From positions 17,174,001 through 17,238,000 of the forward strand of contig OZ059894.1 in the NCBI GenBank assembly GCA_964057225.1: DNA of 64,000 nucleotides. The letters run 5' to 3'. Both the position numbers and the translations under genes were made by a program. The DNA is from Auanema rhodensis (lineage: Eukaryota > Animalia > Nematoda). The notes beneath the pieces are model-generated. The model saw only the letters and a program-made list of their open reading frames with translations. It was not told the origin of the DNA and searched no databases. The stretch's first letter is position 1; each line of letters opens with the position of its first letter. Shown piece by piece: positions 26,456 through 39,298 of this stretch.

Positions 26456-27634
26456 AATAGGGTAATAAGACCGTGGGAAAGGCGGGCTTTAAGTATTGGC
26501 GGGAACCGGGTTCTCAAGTCAATTCTATCAGTAAAACACTTCATATTTTTGTTTCGAGCCTCACGGTTGGTCGCTATGGCCCCTGCTCGCACTACCAAGA
26601 AGGGACAAGCCCCTGATCATGAGCCTGCCCCGAAAAGAGGCCGCTCATCCGTCTCGATCTCATCAGACGGCTCTTTGGAATCTTCACGACGTGATGGCCG
26701 TCTCACACCTACGGACTCAACCTAAGGCGATCACTCGGTAAACTCCCATGAAGAACTCGATCAAGTTCGACATGACTCCTCGGACGAGGACGACTTCGTG
26801 TCCATGCCACCAGAATCTCAAGGACCTAGAACCAGGCCTGTAGTCCGCCTCTCCGGTTCCGAACTTGCCGACTTTGAGCGTCTTGCCTCCGGTTGCTCCA
26901 TGACGCACACCGAAAGAGCCGACATCTTATCTGAGCTTCCAATACTCGATTCTCCATTCGCCCGTCTACCATGCCTGGATGAGAAATACACCACCCACGT
27001 GGATAGCTCAGTCAAGCCATCAGTGAAGATCAGCGAGGCTGACATCAGGGCCTCTTACGAGAACACGCTCAATGCGCTCGCCGGCCTACGGATCATCAGG
27101 AAACTTGCGAAAATCGATAACAAGTCTCCGCTTTCCTCCAAACAACAGGCATACATCAACGTGACAGAAAGATTCCTCAGCGCCAATATCAAGACGGATT
27201 ATACTCACCTCAGAGAGATCGCACTTCTTGAAATGAAGTACTCTCAGCCCATCAAGGCTATGCCTATTAATCTTTATTCTCAGGACTCAGTCCCGGAACT
27301 CTTCGAAAAGAAGCTAAGGGCAGAACTCTCGGCTTTCTCAGAACTCTCTAGAAACTCAAGAACCAATTCAAGTTCACGAGATCATCAACGTCCGTCATCG
27401 AACCAACGATCGGGACCATCAACACAACCCACCCACAAGGCTAACTCCTATAGCAGGTGCGTCCATTTTCGAGCAGGTGCTCTTTCGTCCCACCAAGACT
27501 TTTGGGGTTCCCTCTCTAAAGACCAGGATATCTTTCAGACGGTAAAAGGCTACCGCCTCCCTTTCGCAGGGAGTTAACCTAAGCGCCTTCTGTCAAATCT
27601 GACATCGTTACCGCAATCCCTTAGGTTTTATTAC
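26456..27634 (+). mobile_element. Truncated DIRS/PAT-type (tyrosine-recombinase) retrotransposon: gag-like ORF running into the N-terminus of RT
   Basis: Higher-GC island. The frame from ATG 26576 (MAPARTTKK...) continues through one in-frame TAA at 26723-26725 into the 26798-27577 ORF. That ORF ends AGALSSHQDFWGSLSKDQDIFQTVKGYRLPF, matching the AGRL..F...W..IT.D..IL..V.GY.IPF signature at the start of DIRS RT domains. Cut off by the array; left boundary approximate. Confidence 0.65.
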
Positions 27635-27831
27635 GGATCGATCCCCGGCTCGGCCCACGTTTTAACATTTTGTTGCGAGAAGTGTACTTCTTCTTCGTAT
27701 TTAGTTTAAGTTCTCTTGAAATTCAATTGATTTTAAGCTTTAGTATTCACCTCTAGATATCAGATTAATAATATTCAGTTAAAAATATATATGGAAAAGT
27801 AGAAGGTTCATCGTAGTGAATGGATATTTCA

Positions 27832-27903
27832 GGCCGAGTGGTCTAGTGGTATGATTCTCGCTTAGGGTGCGAGAGGTCCCGGGATCGATCCCCGGCTTGG
27901 CCC
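27832..27903 (+). tRNA. tRNA-Pro(AGG), first full array copy (one acceptor-stem C>T change)
   Basis: A box TGGTCTAGTGG, anticodon AGG, B box GGATCGATCC, TTTT terminator just downstream. Confidence 0.9.
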
Positions 27904-28078
27904 ACGTTTTAACATTTTGTTTCGAGAAGTGTACTTCTTCTTAGTATTTAGTGGAAGTTCTCTTGAAATTCAATTAATTTTAACCTTGAGTGTTCACCTA
28001 TAGATATCAGATTAATAATATTCAGTTAAAAATAATTATGGAAAAGTAGGAGGTTCATCGTAGTGAATGGATATTTCA

Positions 28079-28150
28079 GGCCGAGTGGTCTAGTGGTATG
28101 ATTCTCGCTTAGGGTGCGAGAGGTCCCGGGATCGATCCCCGGCTCGGCCC
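28079..28150 (+). tRNA. tRNA-Pro(AGG), consensus array copy (represents about 100 similar copies)
   Basis: Identical to the intronic gene at 22270-22341. Confidence 0.93.
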
Positions 28151-28325
28151 ACGTTTTAACATTTTGTTTCGAGAAGTGTACTTCTTCTTAGTATTTAGTG
28201 GAAGTTCTCTTGAAATTCAATTAATTTTAACCTTGAGTGTTCAGCTATAGATATCAGATTAATAATATTCAGTTAAAAATAATTATGGAAAAGTAGGAGG
28301 TTCATCGTAGTGAATGGATATTTCA

Positions 28326-28370
28326 GGCCGAGTGGTCTAGTGGTATGATTCTCGCTTAGGGTGCGAGAGG
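28326..28370 (+). pseudogene. 5'-half tRNA-Pro unit (127-bp deletion); same junction at 28984, 39967, 40338, 40709, 44044
   Basis: Junction GTGCGAGAGG|ATATCAGATT removes the T arm/B box, the 3' acceptor strand and the terminator. Confidence 0.9.
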
Positions 28371-30909
28371 ATATCAGATTAATAATATTCAGTTAAAAAT
28401 AATTATGGAAAAGTAGGAGGTTCATCGTAGTGAATGGATATTTCAGGCCGAGTGGTCTAGTGGTATGATTCTCGCTTAGGGTGCGAGAGGTCCCGGGATC
28501 GATCCCCGGCTCGGCCCACGTTTTAACATTTTGTTTCGAGAAGTGTACTTCTTCTTAGTATTTAGTGGAAGTTCTCTTGAAATTCAATTAATTTTAACCT
28601 TGAGTGTTCACCTATAGATATCAGATTAATAATATTCAGTTAAAAATAATTATGGAAAAGTAGGAGGTTCATCGTAGTGAATGGATATTTCAGGCCGAGT
28701 GGTCTAGTGGTATGATTCTCGCTTAGGGTGCGAGAGGTCCCGGGATCGATCCCCGGCTCGGCCCACGTTTTAACATTTTGTTTCGAGAAGTGTACTTCTT
28801 CTTAGTATTTAGTGGAAGTTCTCTTGAAATTCAATTAATTTTAACCTTGAGTGTTCACCTATAGATATCAGATTAATAATATTCAGTTAAAAATAATTAT
28901 GGAAAAGTAGGAGGTTCATCGTAGTGAATGGATATTTCAGGCCGAGTGGTCTAGTGGTATGATTCTCGCTTAGGGTGCGAGAGGATATCAGATTAATAAT
29001 ATTCAGTTAAAAATAATTATGGAAAAGTAGGAGGTTCATCGTAGTGAATGGATATTTCAGGCCGAGTGGTCTAGTGGTATGATTCTCGCTTAGGGTGCGA
29101 GAGGTCCCGGGATCGATCCCCGGCTTGGCCCACGTTTTAACATTTTGTTTCGAGAAGTGTACTTCTTCTTAGTATTTAGTGGAAGTTATCTTGAAATTCA
29201 ATTAATGTTGAGCTTTAGTATTCACCTATAGATATCAGATTAATAATATTCAGTTAAAAATAATCATGGAAAAGTAGGAGGTTCATCGTAGTGAATGGAT
29301 ATTTCAGGCCGAGTGGTCTAGTGGTATGATTCTCGCTTAGGGTGCGAGAGGTCCCGGGATCGATCCCCGGCTCGGCCCACGTTTTAACATTTTGTTTCGA
29401 GAAGTGTACTTCTTCTTAGTATTTAGTAGAAGTTCTCTTGAAATTCAATTAATTTTAAGCTTGAGTGTTCACCTATAGATATCAGATTAATAATATTCAG
29501 TTAAAAAAAACTATGGAAAAGTAGGACGTTCATCGTAGTGAATGGATATTTCAGGCCGAGTGGTCTAGTGGTATGATTCTCGCTTAGGGTGCGAGAGGTC
29601 CCGGGATCGATCCCCGGCTCGGCCCACATTTTAACATTTTGTTTCGAGAAGTGTACTTCTTCTTAGTATTTAGTAGAAGTTCTCTTGAAATTCAATTAAT
29701 TTTAAGCTTGAGTGTTCACCTATAGATATCAGATTAATAATATTCAGTTAAAAAAAACTATGGAAAAGTAGGACGTTCATCGTAGTGAATGGATATTTCA
29801 GGCCGAGTGGTCTAGTGGTATGATTCTCGCTTAGGGTGCGAGAGGTCCCGGGATCGATCCCCGGCTCGGCCCACATTTTAACATTTTGTTTCGAGAAGTG
29901 TACTTCTTCTTCGTATTTAGTGGAAGTTATCTTGAAATTCAATTAATGTTGAGCTTTAGTATTCACCTATAGATATCAGATTAATAATATTCAGTTAAAA
30001 AAAACTATGGAAAAGTAGGACGTTCATCGTAGTGAATGGATATTTCAGGCCGAGTGGTCTAGTGGTATGATTCTCGCTTAGGGTGCGAGAGGTCCCGGGA
30101 TCGATCCCCGGCTCGGCCCACATTTTAACATTTTGTTTCGAGAAGTGTACTTCTTCTTCGTATTTAGTGGAAGTTATCTTGAAATTCAATTAATGTTGAG
30201 CTTTAGTATTCACCTATAGATATCAGATTAATAATATTCAGTTAAAAATAATTATGGAAAAGTAGGAGGTTCATCGTAGTGAATGGATATTTCAGGCCGA
30301 GTGGTCTAGTGGTATGATTCTCGCTTAGGGTGCGAGAGGTCCCGGGATCGATCCCCGGCTCGGCCCACGTTTTAACATTTTGTTTCGAGAACTGTACTTC
30401 TTCTTTGTATTTAGTTGAAGTTCTCTTGAAATTCAATTAATGTTGAGCTTTAGTATTCACCTATAGATATCAGATTAATAATATTCAGTTAAAAATAATC
30501 ATGGAAAAGTAGGAGGTTCATCGTAGTGAATGGATATTTCAGGCCGAGTGGTCTAGTGGTATGATTCTCGCTTAGGGTGCGAGAGGTCCCGGGGTCGATC
30601 CCCGGCTCGGCCCACGTTTTAACATTTTGTTTCGAGAAGTGTACTTCTTCTTCGTATTTAGTTGTAGTTCTCTTGAAATTCATTTAATTTTAAGCTTGAG
30701 TGTTCACCTATAGATATCAGATTAATAATATTCAGTTAAAAAAAACTATGGAAAAGTAGAAGGTTCATCGTAATAAATGGATATTTCAGGCCGAGTGGTC
30801 TAGTGGTATGATTCTCGCTTAGGGTGCGAGAGGTCCCGGGATCGATCCCCGGCTCGGCCCACGTTTTAACATTTTGTTTCGAGAAGTGTACTTCTTCTTC
30901 GTATTTAGT

Positions 30910-31246
30910 CGTTTCATTCGGAAATCAATACGTAGCAGGCGGGTTAGAATTAGACGACATGAGGCTGAGAGAGGACGACACGCCCTTCATATGGAACACA
31001 GACTTCAGCTTTGCCTTATGGAATGACTATGGATGGTTGGTCTTCCTTTCTTAGCTCTCTTTCACTTTATATCTTTATGTAGACTTATATAACTTATTGT
31101 AATCATGTAGACATAATAAACCTTTCTTTCTCGAGTCTTATGTTTATCCATTATGCTCTTTATCTACCGCTACATCTGGAATACTATCACACTCATCTTG
31201 TAGGCTTTATTGGTCTATAGGATCGACGTGAGAGCATAACGGAACG
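30910..31246 (+). repeat. 5' LTR, copy 1
   Basis: CGTTTC...GGAACG ends, with internal TATATAA (31086) and AATAAA (31115). Confidence 0.92.
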
Positions 31247-31259
31247 TGGAGGTTCCACC
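31247..31259 (+). promoter_or_regulatory. Primer-binding site complementary to the tRNA-Gln 3' end (copy 2 at 36308-36320)
   Basis: TGGAGGTTCCACC is the reverse complement of GGTGGAACCT-CCA, the 3' end of metazoan cytosolic tRNA-Gln as I recall it. Confidence 0.8.
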
Positions 31260-33900
31260 TCGAACATATTTTGATTTCTTGACTATTTTCTCTTATATTT
31301 CGTTATTTTCACTACAATTCATTGAATCTGAATTCTCTTATATCTCTAAACCATCTACTCCATGTCTTAACACAATACGGTGGGGCCAACAACGTTTAAA
31401 AGGGAACAGATGCAAGGACCACTCCTTTTGGAGATGGATATTTTAAATTTTTTGAAACTGAAGTTATATTTTCCCGGTTGTTCACAATTTTCTGTCTGTC
31501 TGAACTCAACAATTTTTATATCCTTGCTGTTAACATCGAATACTCTGTTACCCGAACTCGAAGCATTTTTTGAGGACCCTAGGATGAATTAGTGAACAAA
31601 TTCACCCAAGGATAATTTTTTTTTTGAGATTTATGCCCACACTTTCTCCTTTTAAGGATTGATTTGGCTTCGAGGAAAGAATAGCCACGGTTATTTCTTT
31701 ATTTTTGTGGATGAAACAATTTTGTGCACCAAATAGAGTTTATTTCATATTTTGCGATCAGGACTATTTTATTTTGCGTTACATTTCTGTTCAGACAACT
31801 TTTTGCCATTAACATCCAAAAATATTTTGATAACGCATTGAATTTACACGGGAAACCTCACCTAAATAGGAGGAATATTATGAAAAGTGAATTTTAAGAT
31901 CGCTATAGTCCGAAAAATCCTGTACAATTTTACGAACTGAATTATTATTAGTGATTGTCTATCAGGTCGGGTTGGCTTAAGCATATCAGTTTGGATTTTC
32001 TCCCCTTACTATATGTCACCTTCCTCATACCGTTATTGTTGTTTTGAAGCATAAGACTCATTCCTAAACACCATAATTCTTTAAAAATAGTTATTGTAAT
32101 TTTTAGTCATCTATTCCTAGCCATAATTCTAAAACTAGATTTCTGATCATGATGGGACTACGGTACTTATTCGTTTTCCAAATTGCTTCCTTAAAGAGTA
32201 ATGCTATTACGAATGTACATTATGAAAACCGCTAAAATCCTTTGAACATTTACCAAAGTCCATTTTCGTGGCATTTTCGATCACTCGTGAGTCCAAGAAG
32301 ATCAGAATCGTCAGAAAAAGAAAAAAAAATGGGAATAAGGACTAATGAGATTGCTCAGGCATCAATCAAGTGAGCACTGAACATTTTTTGAACATATACA
32401 AACTGGTTGAATTATATACATTTAAGAATATTAAATTGGAAAGCGAACAAAGTCCAAATTTTCATACGGTAGTAGGCGGATCTCTGTTGATGGCCACAAC
32501 TCAGATTCATTCCTTAACGCCGACTATACAAACCAGTTACTCACAGCTTTCTCACCTCTTTTCCAAAATTCCTTATCCATAACACTCATTAACGTCTCAA
32601 AATCCCCCACGTTACTAAACACTCAAGGTTTTTCCAAACCAAGAGCGCTACCAAAGTGGATAAGCGATTCCGATCAGCTGTACCTCTCAGTACACGAACT
32701 GATTTTGATCTGCGAGACTCAGCTCCACTCACCAGAAGCCGAGCTCGCGCGCAGAGCATCGCTATAATCGAAGACGAGCAGAAAGCCGAGCACAGAACCG
32801 ACAAATTCTTTACTCCTCGTGCAGGCACTTATTCACCTACTGAACGATTAAGCGACGAGGATTACGTACCACCAGGAGGAGAAGAAACATCCATCTTAGT
32901 GGAAGAACAAACACCAGTTACTGCTAAAAAGTCATCAACGTTGAAGGAAACATGGTACAACTCAAGAATCCATTTGGAAAAATTCAAGACGTACACAAAG
33001 ACAATCTCAAACTTTTGCGATCAAATACAACGACTTATGACACGGACGACGACAGTAATATTGAGATCATAAAAGTCATAAATGGTAACGATAACTATGA
33101 CTCTACTGAAGAAACAGAACCAGAAGACCCATCGGACCAAAGTTGGCTACCACCAAGAAGAAGACGATGAAAGAAATAATTTCGAGATTGATAAAATTAT
33201 TGTAAAACTTTGTATCAACTCTCTTTTAAAAAACCAGAGCTATTAATATTATTATATCATTGAAAAACTTGAGTAAGACGAGATGTAAGCTAATAATCAA
33301 AAAGCATTTCAGTTTCAAAGCATATATGATTATAAAACTTCAATTTTTCAAAAAAAAAAAAAAAAAAAAAAAAAACATCAATTTCAAATAATTTCCCGTA
33401 AATAAAGAAGAAATGAAAGATAAGAGACATTATATAGCATATTCATCTGAGCAACAGTCCTTATCAAGTAGTTAATGATTCAATTCCGGAAATTATATGG
33501 GATTTAATTTTATTTTTTTATTATTACAATTCGCTTTGAATACGCTGAAGAAACATGCTAGCTCCATCGAAAATATAGCATGACTCTCGTTTCTCTATAC
33601 TCAAAGAAGTTAGACATGCAGCGTCGTGCATAAAGAGCTATTTCGCGCACATTCGCTGACAAAATATAGCCCTGGTATTCTAAAAGGTTCTTTTATTACT
33701 TAATATTCATGTATTTTCAAATATTTTTTATTAAATTCTTTTCAGATAAAATTGTTTAACATTATATTGTAATTTATCTTTACTATTTTTATGTTAACAT
33801 TGTAATTTTTATTTTTTAAATCTAAACCTTCTGCTACGATTGAAACAAGCCACATATTTTGCTATTCGCGAGGACGCGACATAAACTCGAAAAAATGGCA

Positions 33901-34237
33901 CGTTCCATTCGGAAATCAATACGTAGCAGGCGGGTTAGAATTAGACGACATGAGGCTGAGAGAGGACGACACGCCTTTCATATGGAACACAGACTTCAGC
34001 TTTGCCTTATGGAATGACTATGGATGGTTGGTCTTCCTTTCTTAGCTCTCTTTCACTATATATCTTTATGTAGACTTATATAACTTATTGTAATCATGTA
34101 GACATAATAAACCTTTCTTTCTCGAGTCTTATGTTTATCCATTATGCTCTTTATCTACCGCAACATCTGGAATACTATCACACTCATCTTGTAGGCTTTA
34201 TTGGTCTATAGGATCGACGTGAGAGCATAACGGAACG
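33901..34237 (+). repeat. 3' LTR, copy 1
   Basis: CGTTCC...GGAACG perfect 6-bp inverted ends, preceded by a weak purine-rich tract GAAAAAATGG. Confidence 0.92.
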
Positions 34238-35970
34238 TAGTTGAAGTTCTCTTGAAATTCAATTAATTTTAAGCTTGAGTGTTCACCTATAGATATCAGA
34301 TTAATAATATTCAGTTAAAAATAATTATGGAAACGTAGAAGGTTCATCGTAGTGAATGGATATTTCAGGCCGAGTGGTCTAGTGGTATGATTCTCGCTTA
34401 GGGTGCGAGAGGTCCCGGGATCGATCCCCGGCTCGGCCCACGTTTTAACATTTTGTTTCGAGAACTGTACTTCTTCTTTGTATTTAGTTGAAGTTCTCTT
34501 GAAATTCAATTAATGTTGAGCTTTAGTATTCACCTATAGATATCAGATTAATAATATGTAGTTAACAATAATTATGGAAAAGTAGAAGGTTCATCGTAGT
34601 GAATGGATAGTTCAGGCCGAGTGGTCTAGTGGTATGATTCTCGCTTAGGGTGCGAGAGGTCCCGGGATCGATCCCCGGCTCGGCCCACGTTTTAACATTT
34701 TGTTTCGAGAAGTGTACTTCTTCTTAGTATTTAATGGAAGTTCTCTTGAAATTCAATTAATTTTAAGCTTGAGTGTTCACCTATAGATATCAGATTAATA
34801 ATATGTAGTTAACAATAATTATGGAAAAGTAGAAGGTTCATCGTAGTGAATAGATAGTTCAGGCCGAGTGGTCTAGTGGTATGATTCTCGCTTAGGGTGC
34901 GAGAGGTCCCGGGATCGATCCCCGGCTCGGCCCACGTTTTAACATTTTGTTTCGAGAACTGTACTTCTTCTTTGTATTTAAGTGAAGTTCTCTTGAAATT
35001 CAATTAATGTTGAGCTTTAGTATTCACCTATAGATATCAGATTAATAATATTCAGTTAAAAATAATCATGGAAAAGTAGGAGGTTCATCGTAGTGAATGG
35101 ATATTTCAGGCCGAGTGGTCTAGTGGTATGATTCTCGCTTAGGGTGCGAGAGGTCCCGGGGTCGATCCCCGGCTCGGCCCACGTTTTAACATTTTGTTTC
35201 GAGAAGTGTACTTCTTCTTCGTATTTAGTTGAAGTTCTCTTGAAATTCAATTAATGTTGAGCTTTAGTATTCACCTATAGATATCAGATTAATAATATTC
35301 AGTTAAAAATAATCATGGAAAAGTAGGAGGTTCATCGTAGTGAATGGATATTTCAGGCCGAGTGGTCTAGTGGTATGATTCTCGCTTAGGGTGCGAGAGG
35401 TCCCGGGATCGATCCCCGGCTCGGCCCACGTTTTAACATTTTGTTTCGAGAACTGTACTTCTTCTTTGTATTTAAGTGAAGTTCTCTTGAAATTCAATTA
35501 ATGTTGAGCTTTAGTATTCACCTATAGATATCAGATTAATAATATTCAGTTAAAAATAATCATGGAAAAGTAGGAGGTTCATCGTAGTGAATGGATATTT
35601 CAGGCCGAGTGGTCTAGTGGTATGATTCTCGCTTAGGGTGCGAGAGGTCCCGGGGTCGATCCCCGGCTCGGCCCACGTTTTAACATTTTGTTTCGAGAAG
35701 TGTACTTCTTCTTCGTATTTAGTTGTAGTTCTCTTGAAATTCATTTAATTTTAAGCTTGAGTGTTCACCTATAGATATCAGATTAATAATATTCAGTTAA
35801 AAAAAACTATGGAAAAGTAGAAGGTTCATCGTAATAAATGGATATTTCAGGCCGAGTGGTCTAGTGGTATGATTCTCGCTTAGGGTGCGAGAGGTCCCGG
35901 GATCGATCCCCGGCTCGGCCCACGTTTTAACATTTTGTTTCGAGAAGTGTACTTCTTCTTCGTATTTAGT

Positions 35971-38900
35971 CGTTTCATTCGGAAATCAATACGTAGCAGG
36001 CGGGTTAGAGTTAGACGACATGAGGCTGAGAGAGGACGACACGCCCTTCATATGGAACACAGACTTCAGCTTTGCCTTATGGAATGACTATGGATGGTTG
36101 GTCTTCCTTTCTTAGCTCTCTTTCACTATATATCTTTATGTAGACTTATATAACTTATTGTAATCATGTAGACATAATAAACCTTTCTTTCTCGAGTCTT
36201 ATGTTTATCCATTATGCTCTTTATCTACCGCTACATCTGGAATACTATCACACTCATCTTGTAGGCTTTATTGGTCTATAGGATCGACGTGAGAGCATAA
36301 CGGAACGTGGAGGTTCCACCTCGAACATATTTTGATTTCTTGACTATTTTCTCTTATATTTCGTTATTTTCACTACAATTCATTGAATCTGAATTCTCTT
36401 ATATCTCTAAACCATCTACTCCATGTCTTAACACAATACGGTGGGGCCAACAACGTTTAAAAGGGAACAGATGCAAGGACCACTCCTTTTGGAGATGGAT
36501 ATTTTAAATTTTTTGAAACTGAAGTTATATTTTCCCGGTTGTTCACAATTTTCTGTCTGTCTGAACTCAACAATTTTTATATCCTTGCTGTTAACATCGA
36601 ATACTCTGTTACCCGAACTCGAAGCATTTTTTGAGGACCCTAGGATGAATTAGTGAACAAATTCACCCAAGGATAATTTTTTTTTTGAGATTCATGCCCA
36701 CACTTTCTCCTTTTAAGGATTGATTTGGCTTCGAGGAAAGAATAGCCACGGTTATTTCTTTATTTTTGTGGATGAAACAATTTTGTGCACCAAATAGAGT
36801 TTATTTCATATTTTGCGATCAGGACTATTTTATTTTGCGTTACATTTCTGTTCAGACAACTTTTTGCCATTAACATCCAAAAATATTTTGATAACGCATT
36901 GAATTTACACGGGAAACCTCACCTAAATAGGAGGAATATTATGAAAAGTGAATTTTAAGATCGCTATAGTCCGAAAAATCCTGTACAATTTTACGAACTG
37001 AATTATTATTAGTGATTGTCTATCAGGTCGGGTTGGCTTAAGCATATCAGTTTGGATTTTCTCCCCTTACTATATGTCACCTTCCTCATACCGTTATTGT
37101 TGTTTTGAAGCATAAGACTCATTCCTAAACACCATAATTCTTTAAAAATAGTTATTGTAATTTTTAGTCATCTATTCCTAGCCATAATTCTAAAACTAGA
37201 TTTCTGATCATGATGGGACTACGGTACTCATTCGTTTTCCAAATTGCTTCCTTAAAGAGTAATGCTATTACGAATGTACATTATGAAAACCGCTAAAATC
37301 CTTTGAACATTTACCAAAGTCCATTTTCGTGGCATTTTCGATCACTCGTGAGTCCAAGAAGATCAGAATCGTCAGAAAAAGAAAAAAAAATGGGAATAAG
37401 GACTAATGAGATTGCTCAGGCATCAATCAAGTGAGCACTGAACATTTTTTGAACATATACAAACTGGTTGAATTATATACATTTAAGAATATTAAATTGG
37501 AAAGCGAACAAAGTCCAAATTTTCATACGGTAGTAGGCGGATCTCTGTTGATGGCCACAACTCAGATTCATTCCTTAACGCCGACTATACAAACCAGTTA
37601 CTCACAGCTTTCTCACCTCTTTTCCAAAATTCCTTATCCATAACACTCATTAACGTCTCAAAATCCCCCACGTTACTAAACACTCAAGGTTTTTCCAAAC
37701 CAAGAGCGCTACCAAAGTGGATAAGCGATTCCGATCAGCTGTACCTCTCAGTACACGAACTGATTTTGATCTGCGAGACTCAGCTCCACTCACCAGAAGC
37801 CGAGCTCGCGCGCAGAGCATCGCTATAATCGAAGACGAGCAGAAAGCCGAGCACAGAACCGACAAATTCTTTACTCCTCGTGCAGGCACTTATTCACCTA
37901 CTGAACGATTAAGCGACGAGGATTACGTACCACCAGGAGGAGAAGAAACATCCATCTTAGTGGAAGAACAAACACCAGTTACTGCTAAAAAGTCATCAAC
38001 GTTGAAGGAAACATGGTACAACTCAAGAATCCATTTGGAAAAATTCAAGACGTACACAAAGACAATCTCAAACTTTTGCGATCAAATACAACGACTTATG
38101 ACACGGACGACGACAGTAATATTGAGATCATAAAAGTCATAAATGGTAACGATAACTATGACTCTACTGAAGAAACAGAACCAGAAGACCCATCGGACCA
38201 AAGTTGGCTACCACCAAGAAGAAGACGATGAAAGAAATAATTTCGAGATTGATAAAATTATTGTAAAACTTTGTATCAACTCTCTTTTAAAAAACCAGAG
38301 CTATTAATATTATTATATCATTGAAAAACTTGAGTAAGACGAGATGTAAGCTAATAATCAAAAAGCATTTCAGTTTCAAAGCATATATGATTATAAAACT
38401 TCAATTTTTCAAAAAAAAAAAAAAAAAAAAAAAAAACATCAATTTCAAATAATTTCCCGTAAATAAAGAAGAAATGAAAGATAAGAGACATTATATAGCA
38501 TATTCATCTGAGCAACAGTCCTTATCAAGTAGTTAATGATTCAATTCCGGAAATTATATGGGATTTAATTTTATTTTTTTATTATTACAATTCGCTTTGA
38601 ATACGCTGAAGAAACATGCTAGCTCCATCGAAAATATAGCATGACTCTCGTTTCTCTATACTCAAAGAAGTTAGACATGCAGCGTCGTGCATAAAGAGCT
38701 ATTTCGCGCACATTCGCTGACAAAATATAGCCCTGGTATTCTAAAAGGTTCTTTTATTACTTAATATTCATGTATTTTCAAATATTTTTTATTAAATTCT
38801 TTTCAGATAAAATTGTTTAACATTATATTGTAATTTATCTTTACTATTTTTATGTTAACATTGTAATTTTTATTTTTTAAATCTAAACCTTCTGCTACGA

Positions 38901-39298
38901 TTGAAACAAGCCACATATTTTGCTATTCGCGAGGACGCGACATAAACTCGAAAAAATGGCACGTTCCATTCGGAAATCAATACGTAGCAGGCGGGTTAGA
39001 ATTAGACGACATGAGGCTGAGAGAGGACGACACGCCTTTCATATGGAACACAGACTTCAGCTTTGCCTTATGGAATGACTATGGATGGTTGGTCTTCCTT
39101 TCTTAGCTCTCTTTCACTATATATCTTTATGTAGACTTATATAACTTATTGTAATCATGTAGACATAATAAACCTTTCTTTCTCGAGTCTTATGTTTATC
39201 CATTATGCTCTTTATCTACCGCAACATCTGGAATACTATCACACTCATCTTGTAGGCTTTATTGGTCTATAGGATCGACGTGAGAGCATAACGGAACG
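35971..39298 (+). mobile_element. Non-autonomous LTR retroelement, copy 2 (LTRs 35971-36307 and 38962-39298)
   Basis: Near-identical to copy 1 at offset 5061, with the same TSD and the same position within the unit. Confidence 0.92.

Larger units (their letters stand above)
30910..34237 (+). mobile_element. Non-autonomous LTR retroelement, copy 1 (337-bp LTRs, 4-bp TSD TAGT, tRNA-Gln PBS)
   Basis: Direct repeats 30910-31246 and 33901-34237 differ at about 4 positions, and TAGT flanks both sides (30906-30909, 34238-34241). TGGAGGTTCCACC follows the 5' LTR directly. No gag/pol ORF in the 2.65-kb interior. Confidence 0.92.

Noticed and set aside
30824-31592. Short ORFs across the tRNA/LTR junction and leader (also 35885-36653)
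   Set aside because: They span unrelated elements, start at non-ATG codons and show no gag-like features.
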